From NCBI GenBank assembly GCA_965218785.1, contig OZ244650.1:192001-256000 (forward strand): a stretch of DNA of 64,000 bases. Reading direction: 5' to 3'. Source of the DNA: Nitrosopumilus sp. Its GTDB lineage: Archaea; Thermoproteota; Nitrososphaeria; Nitrososphaerales; Nitrosopumilaceae. A program made the position numbers and the translations under genes. The notes under the pieces are model-generated. The model ran no database searches. It saw only the letters and a list, made by a program, of their open reading frames with translations, and was not told the DNA's origin. Position 1 is the stretch's first letter. Each line of letters starts with the position of its first letter. Shown here one piece after another: positions 10,420-21,366 of the stretch.

Positions 10420-11757
10420 TTGAAATCAAAACAAAATAATTTGGATTTATCTAAAACTACCGTTGCTGTATATGGTTTGGGAAATGTAGGCGGCCCTATC
10501 GCCGCTGCTTGGCTACGTAAAGGTGCTAATATTATCGGTGTTGACATATCACGGAAACTGCTTGATTCCATTAAAAATGGCACTTCTCACATGAAAGAAC
10601 CCTTTGTTTCAAATTTATTTTCAAAACATCTTAAAAATAAAACATTATCTTTATCATCTGATGGAATCCAAGCTTCCAAAAATTCAACAATTAAAATCAT
10701 TTCTGTCCCCGTTGATATCAAAAAAAATAAAATTGATTTAGCAGCAGTAATATCTGTATCAAAAAACATTTCAAAAGGACTAAAGAAAGGCGATGCTGTT
10801 ATAGTTTGTCCATCATTGCCTCCTGGCATAACAAGAAATATTCTTTTACCAATTTTAGAAAAAGAAAATAATCTAAAAGGCGAAAAAGATTTTTTTTTAA
10901 TTTATAATCCTGAACGAATTTTTGTAGGTAAAGCATTAGCGGACATTGAAGAAAATTATCCTGCAATAGTTGCCGGATTGGGTAAAAAAAGTCTTGAATT
11001 TGGCGTGTCTCTTTTAAAAATCATATCCAAAAAAGGTGTTCTTCAAATGAGTTCATTAGAAAATGCTGAAGCTGAAAAATTATTTGAGGGCGTTTATCGT
11101 GATGTAAATATTGCATTGGCAAATGAGTTATCTGATTATTGTGAAAAAATTGGTATAGATTACTGGGAATCTCGTAAGGGGGCAAATTCTCAGCCTTCTT
11201 GCCACCTTCATTATCCCGGAACAGGTGTAGGAGGATTATGTATTCCTATTTACCCACAACTGGTGTTAGAATCTTCTAAAAAAATCGGAAAATCATTGAA
11301 AATAATAGAATTTTCAAGAAAGATAAATGATTCCATGCCTAAAAAATGTGTTAAAGATGCATTAAATCTACTATCGAAAAATAAAACTGTAAAAATAAAT
11401 TCCAAAATCGCCGTATTAGGATTAGGATTTAGGGGAGAAGTTACTGATTCTCGTCTATCACCTACTTATGATGTAATCAACGAATTTTTAAAGAAAAATT
11501 TTCTTGTTTCAGTACATGATCCATTTATTTTTGAAGATAACAATTTACCAAAAAATGTAATTCTTTCTTCAGATCTAAATTCTACTATTCAAGATGCGGA
11601 TCTGATTTTTGTCTCTACTGATCATAAAATGTATTCAAAATTAACCAGTAAACATTTTTCAAAATCAAAAAAACCGCTTTTAATTTATGATGGAAGAAAA
11701 ATTTTATCTGATAAAAATTTTCCATCCAAATCATTGTTAACAATTGGTAAGAGATAA
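10420..11757 (+). CDS. Nucleotide-sugar 6-dehydrogenase (WecC/WbpA family)
   Basis: GLGNVGGP, YNPERI, KLFEGVYRDVNIALANE, PGTGVGGLCIP catalytic Cys. Confidence 0.93.
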   Translation: MKSKQNNLDLSKTTVAVYGLGNVGGPIAAAWLRKGANIIGVDISRKLLDSIKNGTSHMKEPFVSNLFSKHLKNKTLSLSSDGIQASKNSTIKIISVPVDIKKNKIDLAAVISVSKNISKGLKKGDAVIVCPSLPPGITRNILLPILEKENNLKGEKDFFLIYNPERIFVGKALADIEENYPAIVAGLGKKSLEFGVSLLKIISKKGVLQMSSLENAEAEKLFEGVYRDVNIALANELSDYCEKIGIDYWESRKGANSQPSCHLHYPGTGVGGLCIPIYPQLVLESSKKIGKSLKIIEFSRKINDSMPKKCVKDALNLLSKNKTVKINSKIAVLGLGFRGEVTDSRLSPTYDVINEFLKKNFLVSVHDPFIFEDNNLPKNVILSSDLNSTIQDADLIFVSTDHKMYSKLTSKHFSKSKKPLLIYDGRKILSDKNFPSKSLLTIGKR

Positions 11758-11760
11758 TTA

Positions 11761-13332
11761 TTATTTCTGTTTTTCATATAATTTATAATTTATTTTAAAT
11801 ATTTTTAAACCATATTCAAATTCATACTCTGATGAATCATAAATTTTTTCTAAAAATATAAAATCATCTGTGTTTTTATATAAATCTGAAATAATTTTTG
11901 GATCATTCCTGCCATCTAATACAAAATGAGTTATATCATTACTTTTCATATATGTCATCAACTCATCTATCGAATCAAAATCTCCAAAAATTGGCCATCC
12001 ATAGTCGGATAATCTTATTGGAATTGAATTATTATTTATGATTGGAAATGATTCTAATTCATAAAACCTATGAACGGGAATGAATTTGGCTTCTTGACCA
12101 TAAAGATTGATTCGTTGAGTTTCTGAATAAACAATTTTGGATATTTCAAATGCCTCTTTTTCATGTTCCAAATCAATTTTATCATCTAGATAAAGTATGG
12201 ATGATGCCAAAATTATAATCAATCCTATTACTACTAGCTGTTTTTCTTTATTGATTCTCTTTGAAAAATCTCTTAAACTTATTACAGATACAACACAAAA
12301 TAACGGATATAGAGTAAACATGTATCTGGTATCTGATGCTACACTCAGAGCATAGATTATGGGAACGGAGAAAATAATTGAGCATAAAATGATGAATTTT
12401 CTTTCAAAATTCCTATTTTTCAAAACTAGAATATACCCATATGGCACAAAAACTAAAAACGTTGGAATCATCACCCATCCAAAAAATTTAACAAAATTTT
12501 CAAAACCTAAAATAATTAATTGATTTGAATTTCCACTTTCTACTCCACGATTAATTGCACTTTGTGATGATGATTCTATGGCATAAAGAATCCGACTTAA
12601 AATCCCGTCCTCTCCAATCGTATCTATTCTGATACTGATCATTGGCAACAAAATTATTGTTAAAATAATAATACAAATTAGATATTTAATTAAGTCTTTT
12701 TTGTTATTTTTATGTCTTAGAAAAAATCCTATTGATAGTGCCATAAAAAGAAAAATTGCTTCAATTCGAATTAAAATCATTAGTGATGTAATAGCAAAAG
12801 CAAGATATGTAAAATTAATTCTATTTTTTAAGAATAAATAAATTGATAATGTTAAAAGTAAAAGTAATATTGGTTCTGTAATACCTAATGTTGAGTTTTG
12901 AATAATTCTGGGTTCAAACACAAATAAACCTGCTCCAAAGACTGCAAAAATAGACGGAACAAATCTTTTACATAATAAATAAATTGGAATTATCGTTGCT
13001 ACTGATATTGTAATTGATACCAGTCTTTGCAGACCCATAAAGTCTAAAAAATTATTTGAATCATACAAAGCAAAAAATATTGATAAAAATGATGGCCATC
13101 CATTATTTGTTGCATCAGGATATCCGATTGGAAAATATCCGGATTGACTCATATCTATTGCATACCAAAAGTAAATTAATCCATCAAGAGTTATTGGAAG
13201 TTCAAATGATACAAAGTTAATTCTTACAATAAATCCAATTACTGCTATAACTACTAAAGAAATAATGATGCTCTTTTTACTTGATAAAAAATTATCATTC
13301 TCCTTATATTTTGATTTATCTAAAAATGACAA
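11761..13332 (-). CDS. Polytopic membrane protein, probable GT-C glycosyltransferase (PMT/ArnT-like)
   Basis: Many TM segments, first loop D..Y (LDGLIYFWYA), TEP, RIEA, DTRY motifs. Confidence 0.7.
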   Translation of the reverse strand: MSFLDKSKYKENDNFLSSKKSIIISLVVIAVIGFIVRINFVSFELPITLDGLIYFWYAIDMSQSGYFPIGYPDATNNGWPSFLSIFFALYDSNNFLDFMGLQRLVSITISVATIIPIYLLCKRFVPSIFAVFGAGLFVFEPRIIQNSTLGITEPILLLLLTLSIYLFLKNRINFTYLAFAITSLMILIRIEAIFLFMALSIGFFLRHKNNKKDLIKYLICIIILTIILLPMISIRIDTIGEDGILSRILYAIESSSQSAINRGVESGNSNQLIILGFENFVKFFGWVMIPTFLVFVPYGYILVLKNRNFERKFIILCSIIFSVPIIYALSVASDTRYMFTLYPLFCVVSVISLRDFSKRINKEKQLVVIGLIIILASSILYLDDKIDLEHEKEAFEISKIVYSETQRINLYGQEAKFIPVHRFYELESFPIINNNSIPIRLSDYGWPIFGDFDSIDELMTYMKSNDITHFVLDGRNDPKIISDLYKNTDDFIFLEKIYDSSEYEFEYGLKIFKINYKLYEKQK

Positions 13333-13377
13333 TCATAAATTAATCCTTGTTAGATTTATTTATATTGTTATATTATC

Positions 13378-13543
13378 ACGGGGTATTGAGAACGGATACA
13401 AGAATGCAAAGGCAGTCAGACCCCGTACTACTAGCATAAACAGATCAGTCAGAATATTCATGTTTTTCATGTCTCTCTTTATTTACAATCCCCGGATTAT
13501 TCTCAGGACAAGCAATGGACACATTCGACTTGCAGACCTCTGA
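13378..13543 (+). mobile_element. ISH3-family transposase C-terminal remnant
   Basis: RGIENGYKNAKAVRPRTTSINRSVRIFMFFMSLFIYN matches the RWGIExxYR...RTTS...R..YF.....YN tail of ISH3/IS4-like transposases. Confidence 0.65.
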
Positions 13544-13649
13544 TGTGGATGAATATTATAATACGCAGTAATGATGTGTTTTACCGCAGGCCGCCGGTTC
13601 CGCCGTGAGATGGGGAGTTGATCTAAGGCACACAATCGGAACTTTTGAT

Positions 13650-14792
13650 CTAGATATTTCTTTTTAAAAATAGATTGTCTACCAAAATACAATAAATTGC
13701 TGAAGCCGTTGCAGCTAAAACTAAAGCTGCAGCAATTCCATTTATTCCATAAATATTACCCAAAACGACTATTCCCACTATTTGAACAGTAGTCCATATA
13801 GCTGATGAAATTAATACTAAACGGCTTTTCTCTCTACCAAGAAATTTTGTCTGATATGTTATTGCTATTGTACTTGGAATTACTGAAATACTAACTATTT
13901 GTATAATCCCCTCTGCTTCTACAAATTTCGGAAAAATTGATCCAATTACAATTGGTCCCACCGTAAATCCTAGCACTGCAATACATAATGCAAACAAAAT
14001 TAATATTTTCTTTAATTTTATATTCTCATTTCCTGTAGCATCATTTGGCATTAAATATTTGGCAACTGCTATTGGAATCAAATTTAACAAAGTTAGAAAC
14101 TGCAAACCCAAAGAGTAATTTCCGAGTAATGCAAATCCAAATAATGGACCAATAATTAATTTATCAACTGATCCGTTCAATACTCCAGAAAGAGTTTGTA
14201 AATAGCTATTTGTAATAAAACCTAATCTTTCTTTTACTAATACAAAATCTACTTTGTTTTTTCTAAATCCTTTTACAATTCCATGTATGTATGGGGCAAA
14301 TGAAATTGAAATTCCAATAATAATTCCACTTTCCCCAATTATATAATAAAATCCAATTCCTAATATTACCATTAAAATCCGTTGGGTTAAAACGTACTTT
14401 GCATACTCTCTGTAGAGTTTATGACCTAGAACTTCGGCAATTATCAAGCTAAAAATTATGTATCCCAGTATCAATAAACTAATTCCCAAATCAAAAAATA
14501 TGAGAAATACAACTATCGACGAAATTAATCCTGCTGATAATGTAATAACGTACAATGCAGGCTGTATTGGGATTTTTTTTGCTGTATAGATTGTTAAAGT
14601 GTTTGAAGCACCTAGCAATGAAATTGTTGAGACTAATCCTGCAATTGATAGGGCATATGTGATATGTCCGTATGTTTCCGGCCCTAATATGGAGGCAATA
14701 TAAAACCAAAATATTGCCGATATTCCAGATGCTGTAATATCTGCAATACCTATGGAAGATATATCCTTGAATTTTTCCCAAATTCTTGTCAT
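13650..14792 (-). CDS. Oligosaccharide flippase (Wzx/MOP family)
   Basis: About 12 hydrophobic helices; ILGPETYG; VDKLIIGPLFGFALLGNYS. Confidence 0.88.
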   Translation of the reverse strand: MTRIWEKFKDISSIGIADITASGISAIFWFYIASILGPETYGHITYALSIAGLVSTISLLGASNTLTIYTAKKIPIQPALYVITLSAGLISSIVVFLIFFDLGISLLILGYIIFSLIIAEVLGHKLYREYAKYVLTQRILMVILGIGFYYIIGESGIIIGISISFAPYIHGIVKGFRKNKVDFVLVKERLGFITNSYLQTLSGVLNGSVDKLIIGPLFGFALLGNYSLGLQFLTLLNLIPIAVAKYLMPNDATGNENIKLKKILILFALCIAVLGFTVGPIVIGSIFPKFVEAEGIIQIVSISVIPSTIAITYQTKFLGREKSRLVLISSAIWTTVQIVGIVVLGNIYGINGIAAALVLAATASAIYCILVDNLFLKRNI

Positions 14793-14828
14793 GATTCTAA
14801 ATTTAATTAATTAGCCCGATAAAATATC

Positions 14829-15716
14829 TTAGCTATTCCTTTTTTGTGTTGCAGAAATACTAAACAAAACCACTGACATTAGTAACAATATGATTCCTAT
14901 CATTATTGTTGTCATTGAGATTAGTGTGAATGGAATGGAAAAATATCTAGTCTCATTAAATGTAATTAATACAAAAACCCCAAAAATAACCCCTACTGTG
15001 ATTAATCCCATTCCTGGCAGTCCTAAATATCGTAAAGGATGATTAATTGCTATAATTTCAAGCAATGACACAATTACTTCTGTACTGTGACTGATAGGAC
15101 TCTTAGTTGAAGTACTATTTCCAGTATTATAAATAACTGAAACTTTTTCTTCGACAATTTTTAATCCTTTTTTGGATGCATCAACAAGAATTTCTGAATC
15201 TACTCCAAATCCTTTAGTTGTAATGTTTATTGAATTAATTGCTTTTTTAGAATATGATCTAAATCCTCCTTGTGTATCTCTAAATGGAAGTTCAGATGCT
15301 AGGTTTGTGAATTTATCCAATATTTTATTTCCTATTTTTCTATAAGATGGCATTTCTTCATTATCATCAAATCTATAACCGATAACTATGTCTACATTGT
15401 CTTTAATTATCGGTTTAGCAATCTTTGGTATTTCTTCAGGTAAAAACTGCCCATCGCCATCAATAGATATCATAACATCAGCATCAATTTTTTTTGCATA
15501 TGCAAAAATTGTCTTCATTGCTTCACCTTTACCTTCATTTTGTTTATGTTGAAGAACTACAGCTCCTGCATTAGTTGCTACTTTGGATGTATTATCTGTA
15601 GATCCATCATCACATACTACGACTATATCTACATATTTTTTACAACGTTGAATAACATCTTCAATTACTTTCTCTTCATTATATGCAGGTATGCCCGCAA
15701 TTTTTTGCATATTCAT
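14829..15716 (-). CDS. GT2 glycosyltransferase, DPM1-like polyprenol-phosphate sugar transferase
   Basis: IPAYNEE, DDGSTDNT, IDGDGQF, DTQGGFR, two C-terminal TM helices. Confidence 0.92.
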   Translation of the reverse strand: MNMQKIAGIPAYNEEKVIEDVIQRCKKYVDIVVVCDDGSTDNTSKVATNAGAVVLQHKQNEGKGEAMKTIFAYAKKIDADVMISIDGDGQFLPEEIPKIAKPIIKDNVDIVIGYRFDDNEEMPSYRKIGNKILDKFTNLASELPFRDTQGGFRSYSKKAINSINITTKGFGVDSEILVDASKKGLKIVEEKVSVIYNTGNSTSTKSPISHSTEVIVSLLEIIAINHPLRYLGLPGMGLITVGVIFGVFVLITFNETRYFSIPFTLISMTTIMIGIILLLMSVVLFSISATQKRNS

Positions 15717-15760
15717 AATTAATTCTTACCCATTAAAAATTATCTGTTAACATATTGAGG

Positions 15761-16732
15761 TTAATTCTTCATGTAATAGGACGCAGTGATTTTGAGCCCG
15801 TCTTCTATTGAATATTTGGGAGTCCAATTTAACAATCTTTTAACTTTGGCATTATCCATATTTAATTTTGGAATTTCCAAAGCTCTTTTTGGAAAACTGT
15901 TCCATTGAATTTCACCAGAATAACCTGTTATTTTTCTAATTTTTTCAGCTAATTCCCTAATTGATATTGGCTCGCTTGTTGTAATATTAACAGCTTCTCC
16001 CAAAATTTCTTCATTTTCTGATTCAGCAGCCAAAACATATGCATTTAACAGATCTTCTTCAAATATAAAATCACGAATAGGTTCAGGATCTCCAAGTTTG
16101 ATTGGTGACTTGCCTTGCACCATTTGAAATATTATACTTTCAATAACAAATTGATGATTGAATTTTCTTCCAAACGAATTGGCATTACGAAATATGATTG
16201 CAGGAAATTTATATGCTTGATAAAGATATTTTAAAAAGTTCTCTGCAGCAATTTTTGCAACTCCGTATGGACTTGCTGCATGTAACTGAATCTCATCTTC
16301 TTTTGTAGGATAGTTTTTTTCTGGTTGAATTCCATATTCTTCAGCTGAGCCTGACCAAATGAATCGTTTTAGATTTGGAACTTCTCTTCTTGCCGCTTCT
16401 GCTATATTGAATACCCCCATAAAGTTTACATCAAAAACTTCTTTCATGTGGGTAAAACTGTATGCAACAGAAGTCTGTGCTGCAAGATGAATAATTACAT
16501 CAGGTTGAAAATTTTTTAGAGCATCACTAACTACAAGATAGTCCGTTAAATCCCCGTAATAGTATTGTACGCCTTTAATTGCTTCTCCTCTGATCATATT
16601 TTCTGTATTTGAAGCTCTATCGCCGGTTGCCACATTTCTAGACAAAGTTCCTAATTTATGACTGTGATTAATTAGAGTTTCAGCAATTCTTTGACCCAAA
16701 AAACCGGTGATTCCAGTAAGAAAAATCTTCAT
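15761..16732 (-). CDS. NDP-sugar 4,6-dehydratase-like epimerase/dehydratase
   Basis: TGITGFLG, HLAAQTSV, GSAEEYG, SPYGVAK, IRDF. Confidence 0.88.
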   Translation of the reverse strand: MKIFLTGITGFLGQRIAETLINHSHKLGTLSRNVATGDRASNTENMIRGEAIKGVQYYYGDLTDYLVVSDALKNFQPDVIIHLAAQTSVAYSFTHMKEVFDVNFMGVFNIAEAARREVPNLKRFIWSGSAEEYGIQPEKNYPTKEDEIQLHAASPYGVAKIAAENFLKYLYQAYKFPAIIFRNANSFGRKFNHQFVIESIIFQMVQGKSPIKLGDPEPIRDFIFEEDLLNAYVLAAESENEEILGEAVNITTSEPISIRELAEKIRKITGYSGEIQWNSFPKRALEIPKLNMDNAKVKRLLNWTPKYSIEDGLKITASYYMKN

Positions 16733-16958
16733 AATTCGAATCAAATTCTTCTTTGTATAAGTTTTTTTATATGAGTTTATGCTTAATTGACAACTCCAGA
16801 GTAACTAACACACAGGCAAGTTTTTCAGATCATACTGATCTAAAAGCAAGGTGGTGTTGAGTTATACATTCAGAATATGTTACAGTTTAAGATCGACTAC
16901 GCATAAACTCTATTATTTAAATTCAGTTTTATATACATAAGAAAAAACCAATATTGAT

Positions 16959-18113
16959 TTGAAAATTTTAATTTTATGTACAACCCTTGATCTACAAAAA
17001 CCATATTCAGCAACTCCTTTTCTCTTACAATGGTTTAAGGCATTTCATGATGAAGGCCATCAACTTTTCATTATTCCTTATTCTGGGAAATCTATTGAAA
17101 GTGATTGGTGGAAATCCTACCCAAACCCAAATTACAAAAAAGGTGAAATTTTAGAAAAAATTATTAAATTATCTGGTCATAAACCCGGAAAAAAAAATCT
17201 ACCATTTATACCAAATCTAGCACAAATTTTTGCAAAACCTGCCTTTGAAAAGCAGATAAGAAAAATTATGGAACAAGAAAAAGGAATTTCAGCGATACTC
17301 AATATTGGATTACCATTAAATCAACTTAAAGGCATGGCAAAAGATTTGAAGAAAGATTATGATGTTCCAATTCTTTTCTTTGATGCTGATCTTCCCACAT
17401 CACTACCTGAAAATGGAGGATTCACTTTTAATTATTATGATGGGGCTGATCTTTCAGAATATGATTCATTTATTATAACTTCAGAAGGATCAAAAAACCG
17501 TTTACTGGAAATGGGAGCTAATTCTGTGGAATTTGTTCATATAGGAATTGATCCAGAACAATACAAGCCGATTCAAACCAAAAAAGATATTGATATTTTC
17601 TTTTTTGGTCATAATGGGGATTCTAGAAAAAAATATGTTGATATGATGATTACAAAACCATCAAATCAATTACCATTTAATTTTTTAATTGGAGGACGTG
17701 ATTACACAATGGATTTGGGAAAAGCAAAATATTTTTCGCCAAAATTATCTTTCGATGAATGGCGAGAATATTCATGTAGGGCAAAAATCAATCTTAATGT
17801 AGTGCATGAATCGCATGCCGAAACTTTTGCTACATCTACTGCAAGACCTTTTGAACTTGCTGCAATGGGTTGTTGCATCGTTTCATCCCACTATCATGGA
17901 ATAGAAAAATGGTTTGAACCAAAAAAAGAAATATTGATCGCAAATAATTCTAAAGAAGCCATTGAATTGTATCAATTATTGATGGATGATTCAGAATTAC
18001 GAGATAAAATTGGAATCGCAGCACAAAAAAGAGTAAATAAAGAACATACCGCTATACATCGAATTAAACAAATCGTTCAATTAATTCAAAAATATGGGGA
18101 TAATGTTAGATGA
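16959..18113 (+). CDS. CgeB-like GT-B glycosyltransferase
   Basis: AKINLNV, RPFELAAMGCCIVS, FEPKKEI, HTAIHRI C-terminal pattern. Confidence 0.85.
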   Translation: MKILILCTTLDLQKPYSATPFLLQWFKAFHDEGHQLFIIPYSGKSIESDWWKSYPNPNYKKGEILEKIIKLSGHKPGKKNLPFIPNLAQIFAKPAFEKQIRKIMEQEKGISAILNIGLPLNQLKGMAKDLKKDYDVPILFFDADLPTSLPENGGFTFNYYDGADLSEYDSFIITSEGSKNRLLEMGANSVEFVHIGIDPEQYKPIQTKKDIDIFFFGHNGDSRKKYVDMMITKPSNQLPFNFLIGGRDYTMDLGKAKYFSPKLSFDEWREYSCRAKINLNVVHESHAETFATSTARPFELAAMGCCIVSSHYHGIEKWFEPKKEILIANNSKEAIELYQLLMDDSELRDKIGIAAQKRVNKEHTAIHRIKQIVQLIQKYGDNVR

Positions 18114-19408
18114 AAAAACTAACAATTCTAATTCCTAAAATAAAACCTCCCGAAGAGCATGATATTATTACAAATCAATTAAAAAATATTTTTTCTGAGT
18201 TAAAAGAACAATGTGAAATTAAGCTTGTATGGATGATTTTTCAACCTGAGAAATTTAATGAATATGAATATGAAAATTCCACGGTACTTGATTATCATCA
18301 ATTTAATAATGCTCTTGAATCCGTAGAAAAAATTAAACCTGATCTAATTATTACAGAAGTTAGACTGGGAATAAATGGAATACTTTTCGCAAAAGTTGGA
18401 AATGATTTTAAAATACCTGTGGTCACTATTACGCCAACGGGAGAATCTGAATTTTTCTCCCAGAATTATTCTATAAAATCAAACTTTCAATTATTCATGT
18501 CTGATAAGGTACTTGCAGATTCTTCTAAAGATAAAAATACAAAAAAATTTGGAATGTTTAGATATTCCTTACATCGATATTTTTTCTTAATTGATACTCT
18601 AAGAAACGTAAATTATTCATTGTTTAATTTGATTAAATTTTTTATATTCTATCCAAGAATACAAATATTTTCAAAATCATATCCAGCACTTCATAAAATA
18701 ACAAGTGGAAATCTTAACATATGTTTCAATAAACACTGGGAATCCAGGTTACTTGATGCTGGTTTCTCTAAATCATCTATCTTTCTTTGTGGAGATCCTG
18801 CTTTTGATAAACTATATCAAAGAATTCAACTACAAAAAAATCTAAAAGTCACAGATTCCAAAAAAATCAATATTCTTTTTTGTCCCACACCCATGCATGA
18901 GCATGGTTTGATGAAGAAAAAAAAAGAAGATGAATTAATTATAAAATTAATTCAAAAAGTTTTGGAATTAAAAGACACTGGTATTTCTTTGAAAATTCAT
19001 CCCTCAAGTTCATCATTTCTGGAATATGATAATCTACTAAAATCCCACCATCTCAATATTCCTCTATTTCAAAAGGAAGATACGATTGATTTATTACAAA
19101 AATCCGATATCATGATTACCTATGGCAGTTCTAATGTTATTTTAGATGCCATTTTACTGAAAAAACCAATCATTTTATTAAAAAATTCTGTAATTCCTGA
19201 TTTATCACGTTTATCTGATAAAACAGTCATCTCAGAATGCTCAAATATTGACGATTTAGATGATCTGATTTCTAAAATCACCATTCAGTCAATTCCTGCT
19301 GGATCTCTTGAAAATTATATCGAAAAACAAATTGGAAACTTTGATGGAAAAAATTCCCAAAGAATATCCAATATGATATTAAAATTAACTGAAAAAAATT
19401 CTTTATGA
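18110..19408 (+). CDS. GT-B-fold protein of capsule/surface-glycan clusters, candidate nonulosonate transferase
   Basis: GDPAFD, LKIHPS (HP motif), SDIMITYGSSNVILDAILLKKP; ATGA overlap with upstream GT. Confidence 0.6.
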   Translation: MKKLTILIPKIKPPEEHDIITNQLKNIFSELKEQCEIKLVWMIFQPEKFNEYEYENSTVLDYHQFNNALESVEKIKPDLIITEVRLGINGILFAKVGNDFKIPVVTITPTGESEFFSQNYSIKSNFQLFMSDKVLADSSKDKNTKKFGMFRYSLHRYFFLIDTLRNVNYSLFNLIKFFIFYPRIQIFSKSYPALHKITSGNLNICFNKHWESRLLDAGFSKSSIFLCGDPAFDKLYQRIQLQKNLKVTDSKKINILFCPTPMHEHGLMKKKKEDELIIKLIQKVLELKDTGISLKIHPSSSSFLEYDNLLKSHHLNIPLFQKEDTIDLLQKSDIMITYGSSNVILDAILLKKPIILLKNSVIPDLSRLSDKTVISECSNIDDLDDLISKITIQSIPAGSLENYIEKQIGNFDGKNSQRISNMILKLTEKNSL

Positions 19409-20278
19409 TTGTTTCAATATCCAATAATTTTTCTTACTAGTTGATTTTTTTATCTCATCTTTTGTTATCAAAATTTCTTCAAGTTTTTCACCAGGTCTTA
19501 AGCCAATTATTCTTTGTTTTTTAGAAACTTTATCAGCTAACTCTTTAATTTTATAAGACTTCATTTTTGGAATAAATATTACACTTTGTTGAATATTTGT
19601 TATACATTCCAAAATAAAATCTACAGCCTCTTCTATGTGGAAAAAATAGCGTTTCATATTTGGATCAGTAATCGAAATTGGTTTTTTTTCTGAAATCTCT
19701 TTTTCCCAAACCTCGAACACATTTCCTTTTGTTTCGATTACATTTCCAAATCTAACAGATGCAAACTGAGTTGTCTGAATATGGTTTCCTGCCCATGTAG
19801 TTAATCTTTCACCTATTTCTTTTGTTGTGCCATATAAAGTGGAACTTTCTGCTACTTTATCAGTACTGATATTCAAAAATCTTTCTGGCTTTGTTTTAAT
19901 CGCGGTTTTTATCATATTTACAGTTCCATTGATGTTTATATTTATTGTATCAATTGCGTTAAATTCTGTTATTTCAATATTTTTTACTGCAGCAGCATGT
20001 ATGATAATGTCTGCACCATTTAATGCCATTTCAACTCTGTCTTTATCTAAAATGTTTCCAAGCAATAATTTAAGTCTAGAATCATTCAAGGAACGCTTTA
20101 AAGTAAACAAGGCATGCTCGTTAGAATCTAAAACTCTCACAGCTTTTACAGGATATTCGAGTATCCTTGCAGCAAGTGCAGAACCTACACTCCCAGCTCC
20201 ACCTGAAATTAGTATTACTTTGTTTTTGAATACTTTGTTAATTGCATTATTTTGCATATTTTTCTTTTTTTTAACCAT
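19403..20278 (-). CDS. UDP-GlcNAc 4,6-dehydratase (PseB/CapD/PglF family)
   Basis: SGGAGSVG, HAAAVK, ISTDK, YGTTK, VRFGNV, GLRPGEKLEE. Confidence 0.92.
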   Translation of the reverse strand: MVKKKKNMQNNAINKVFKNKVILISGGAGSVGSALAARILEYPVKAVRVLDSNEHALFTLKRSLNDSRLKLLLGNILDKDRVEMALNGADIIIHAAAVKNIEITEFNAIDTINININGTVNMIKTAIKTKPERFLNISTDKVAESSTLYGTTKEIGERLTTWAGNHIQTTQFASVRFGNVIETKGNVFEVWEKEISEKKPISITDPNMKRYFFHIEEAVDFILECITNIQQSVIFIPKMKSYKIKELADKVSKKQRIIGLRPGEKLEEILITKDEIKKSTSKKNYWILKQS

Positions 20279-20403
20279 CTTCTAATCAGAAATCTTTCTC
20301 ATCTTTTATCCTTTCCTAGGAAAAGAAAACCTTATAGATAAGGTTAAAAAATTGATTTTCATCTAAAAGGTTTAATCCTAATTCAAATATACTGTTATCA
20401 TAC

Positions 20404-21366
20404 TTGAGGAATATGTTTCCAAATATCTTAATTGTTGGATGTGGCAATATTGGAAGTAGACATCTCCAGTCCTTGGAGCGATCTTCTATACCTCTTTCCA
20501 TTACTGTGGTTGAACCTGACATTAATTCTCAAAAAATTGCAAAATCTAGATTAGAAACAAATTCAAAAAATTCAATTTCCTGGCTAGCTTCAATATCTAG
20601 CATAAATCAAATTTTTGATCTGGTGATTATTGCAACAAATGCGGAAAAAAGAAGATCCCTCATTGATATTTTACTACAGTCTGGAAATAAAAAATTCTTA
20701 CTTGAAAAAATGGTATGTCAATCCGAGGATGACTATAAGGATTTAATTGAAAATTTTGAAAAACACGATGCTTCCGGATGGGTTAACACTAATAGACGAT
20801 ATTTTCCATTTTATCAAAAACTAAAAAATATCATTGATTTAAACAACAATTTAGAAATCGTCATTACTACCGGAAATGAGGGATTGGGAAGTAACGCAAT
20901 TCATTTTATTGATCTATTTTTATGGTTAAAAAATTCTAATGATATATCATTAATTGGAGATTTAACTGACAAATTATATTCTAATAAAAGAGGAAATCAA
21001 TATTATGAATTTTCAGGAACAATTTCTGGGAAAATTTCTAATTCAATTCTAAAAATATCATTTTTACCTGTTGACGATTTACCATTAATTTTAGATATTC
21101 AAACTGAAGATTTTCATATTTCAATAAATGAAACCGATGAAAAAATTTCAAAGATTAAAAATTTAGAAAAATCTGAATTATCTTTTAAATACATGCATGT
21201 TAGTGATCTAACTATACAAATTGTTTTTGATATATTAAAAAATAATTCAAGTCACTTGCCCAAAGTCCAGGATTTATTTATTGCCCATCGTGAGTTGTTC
21301 AAAATTTTTAATTCACATGTAAAGAAATTAACAAACAAAGAATTTACCCTGTGCCCAATAACTTGA
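20404..21366 (+). CDS. Gfo/Idh/MocA oxidoreductase
   Basis: VGCGNIGSRH, LLEK, NAIHFIDL. Confidence 0.85.
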   Translation: MRNMFPNILIVGCGNIGSRHLQSLERSSIPLSITVVEPDINSQKIAKSRLETNSKNSISWLASISSINQIFDLVIIATNAEKRRSLIDILLQSGNKKFLLEKMVCQSEDDYKDLIENFEKHDASGWVNTNRRYFPFYQKLKNIIDLNNNLEIVITTGNEGLGSNAIHFIDLFLWLKNSNDISLIGDLTDKLYSNKRGNQYYEFSGTISGKISNSILKISFLPVDDLPLILDIQTEDFHISINETDEKISKIKNLEKSELSFKYMHVSDLTIQIVFDILKNNSSHLPKVQDLFIAHRELFKIFNSHVKKLTNKEFTLCPIT

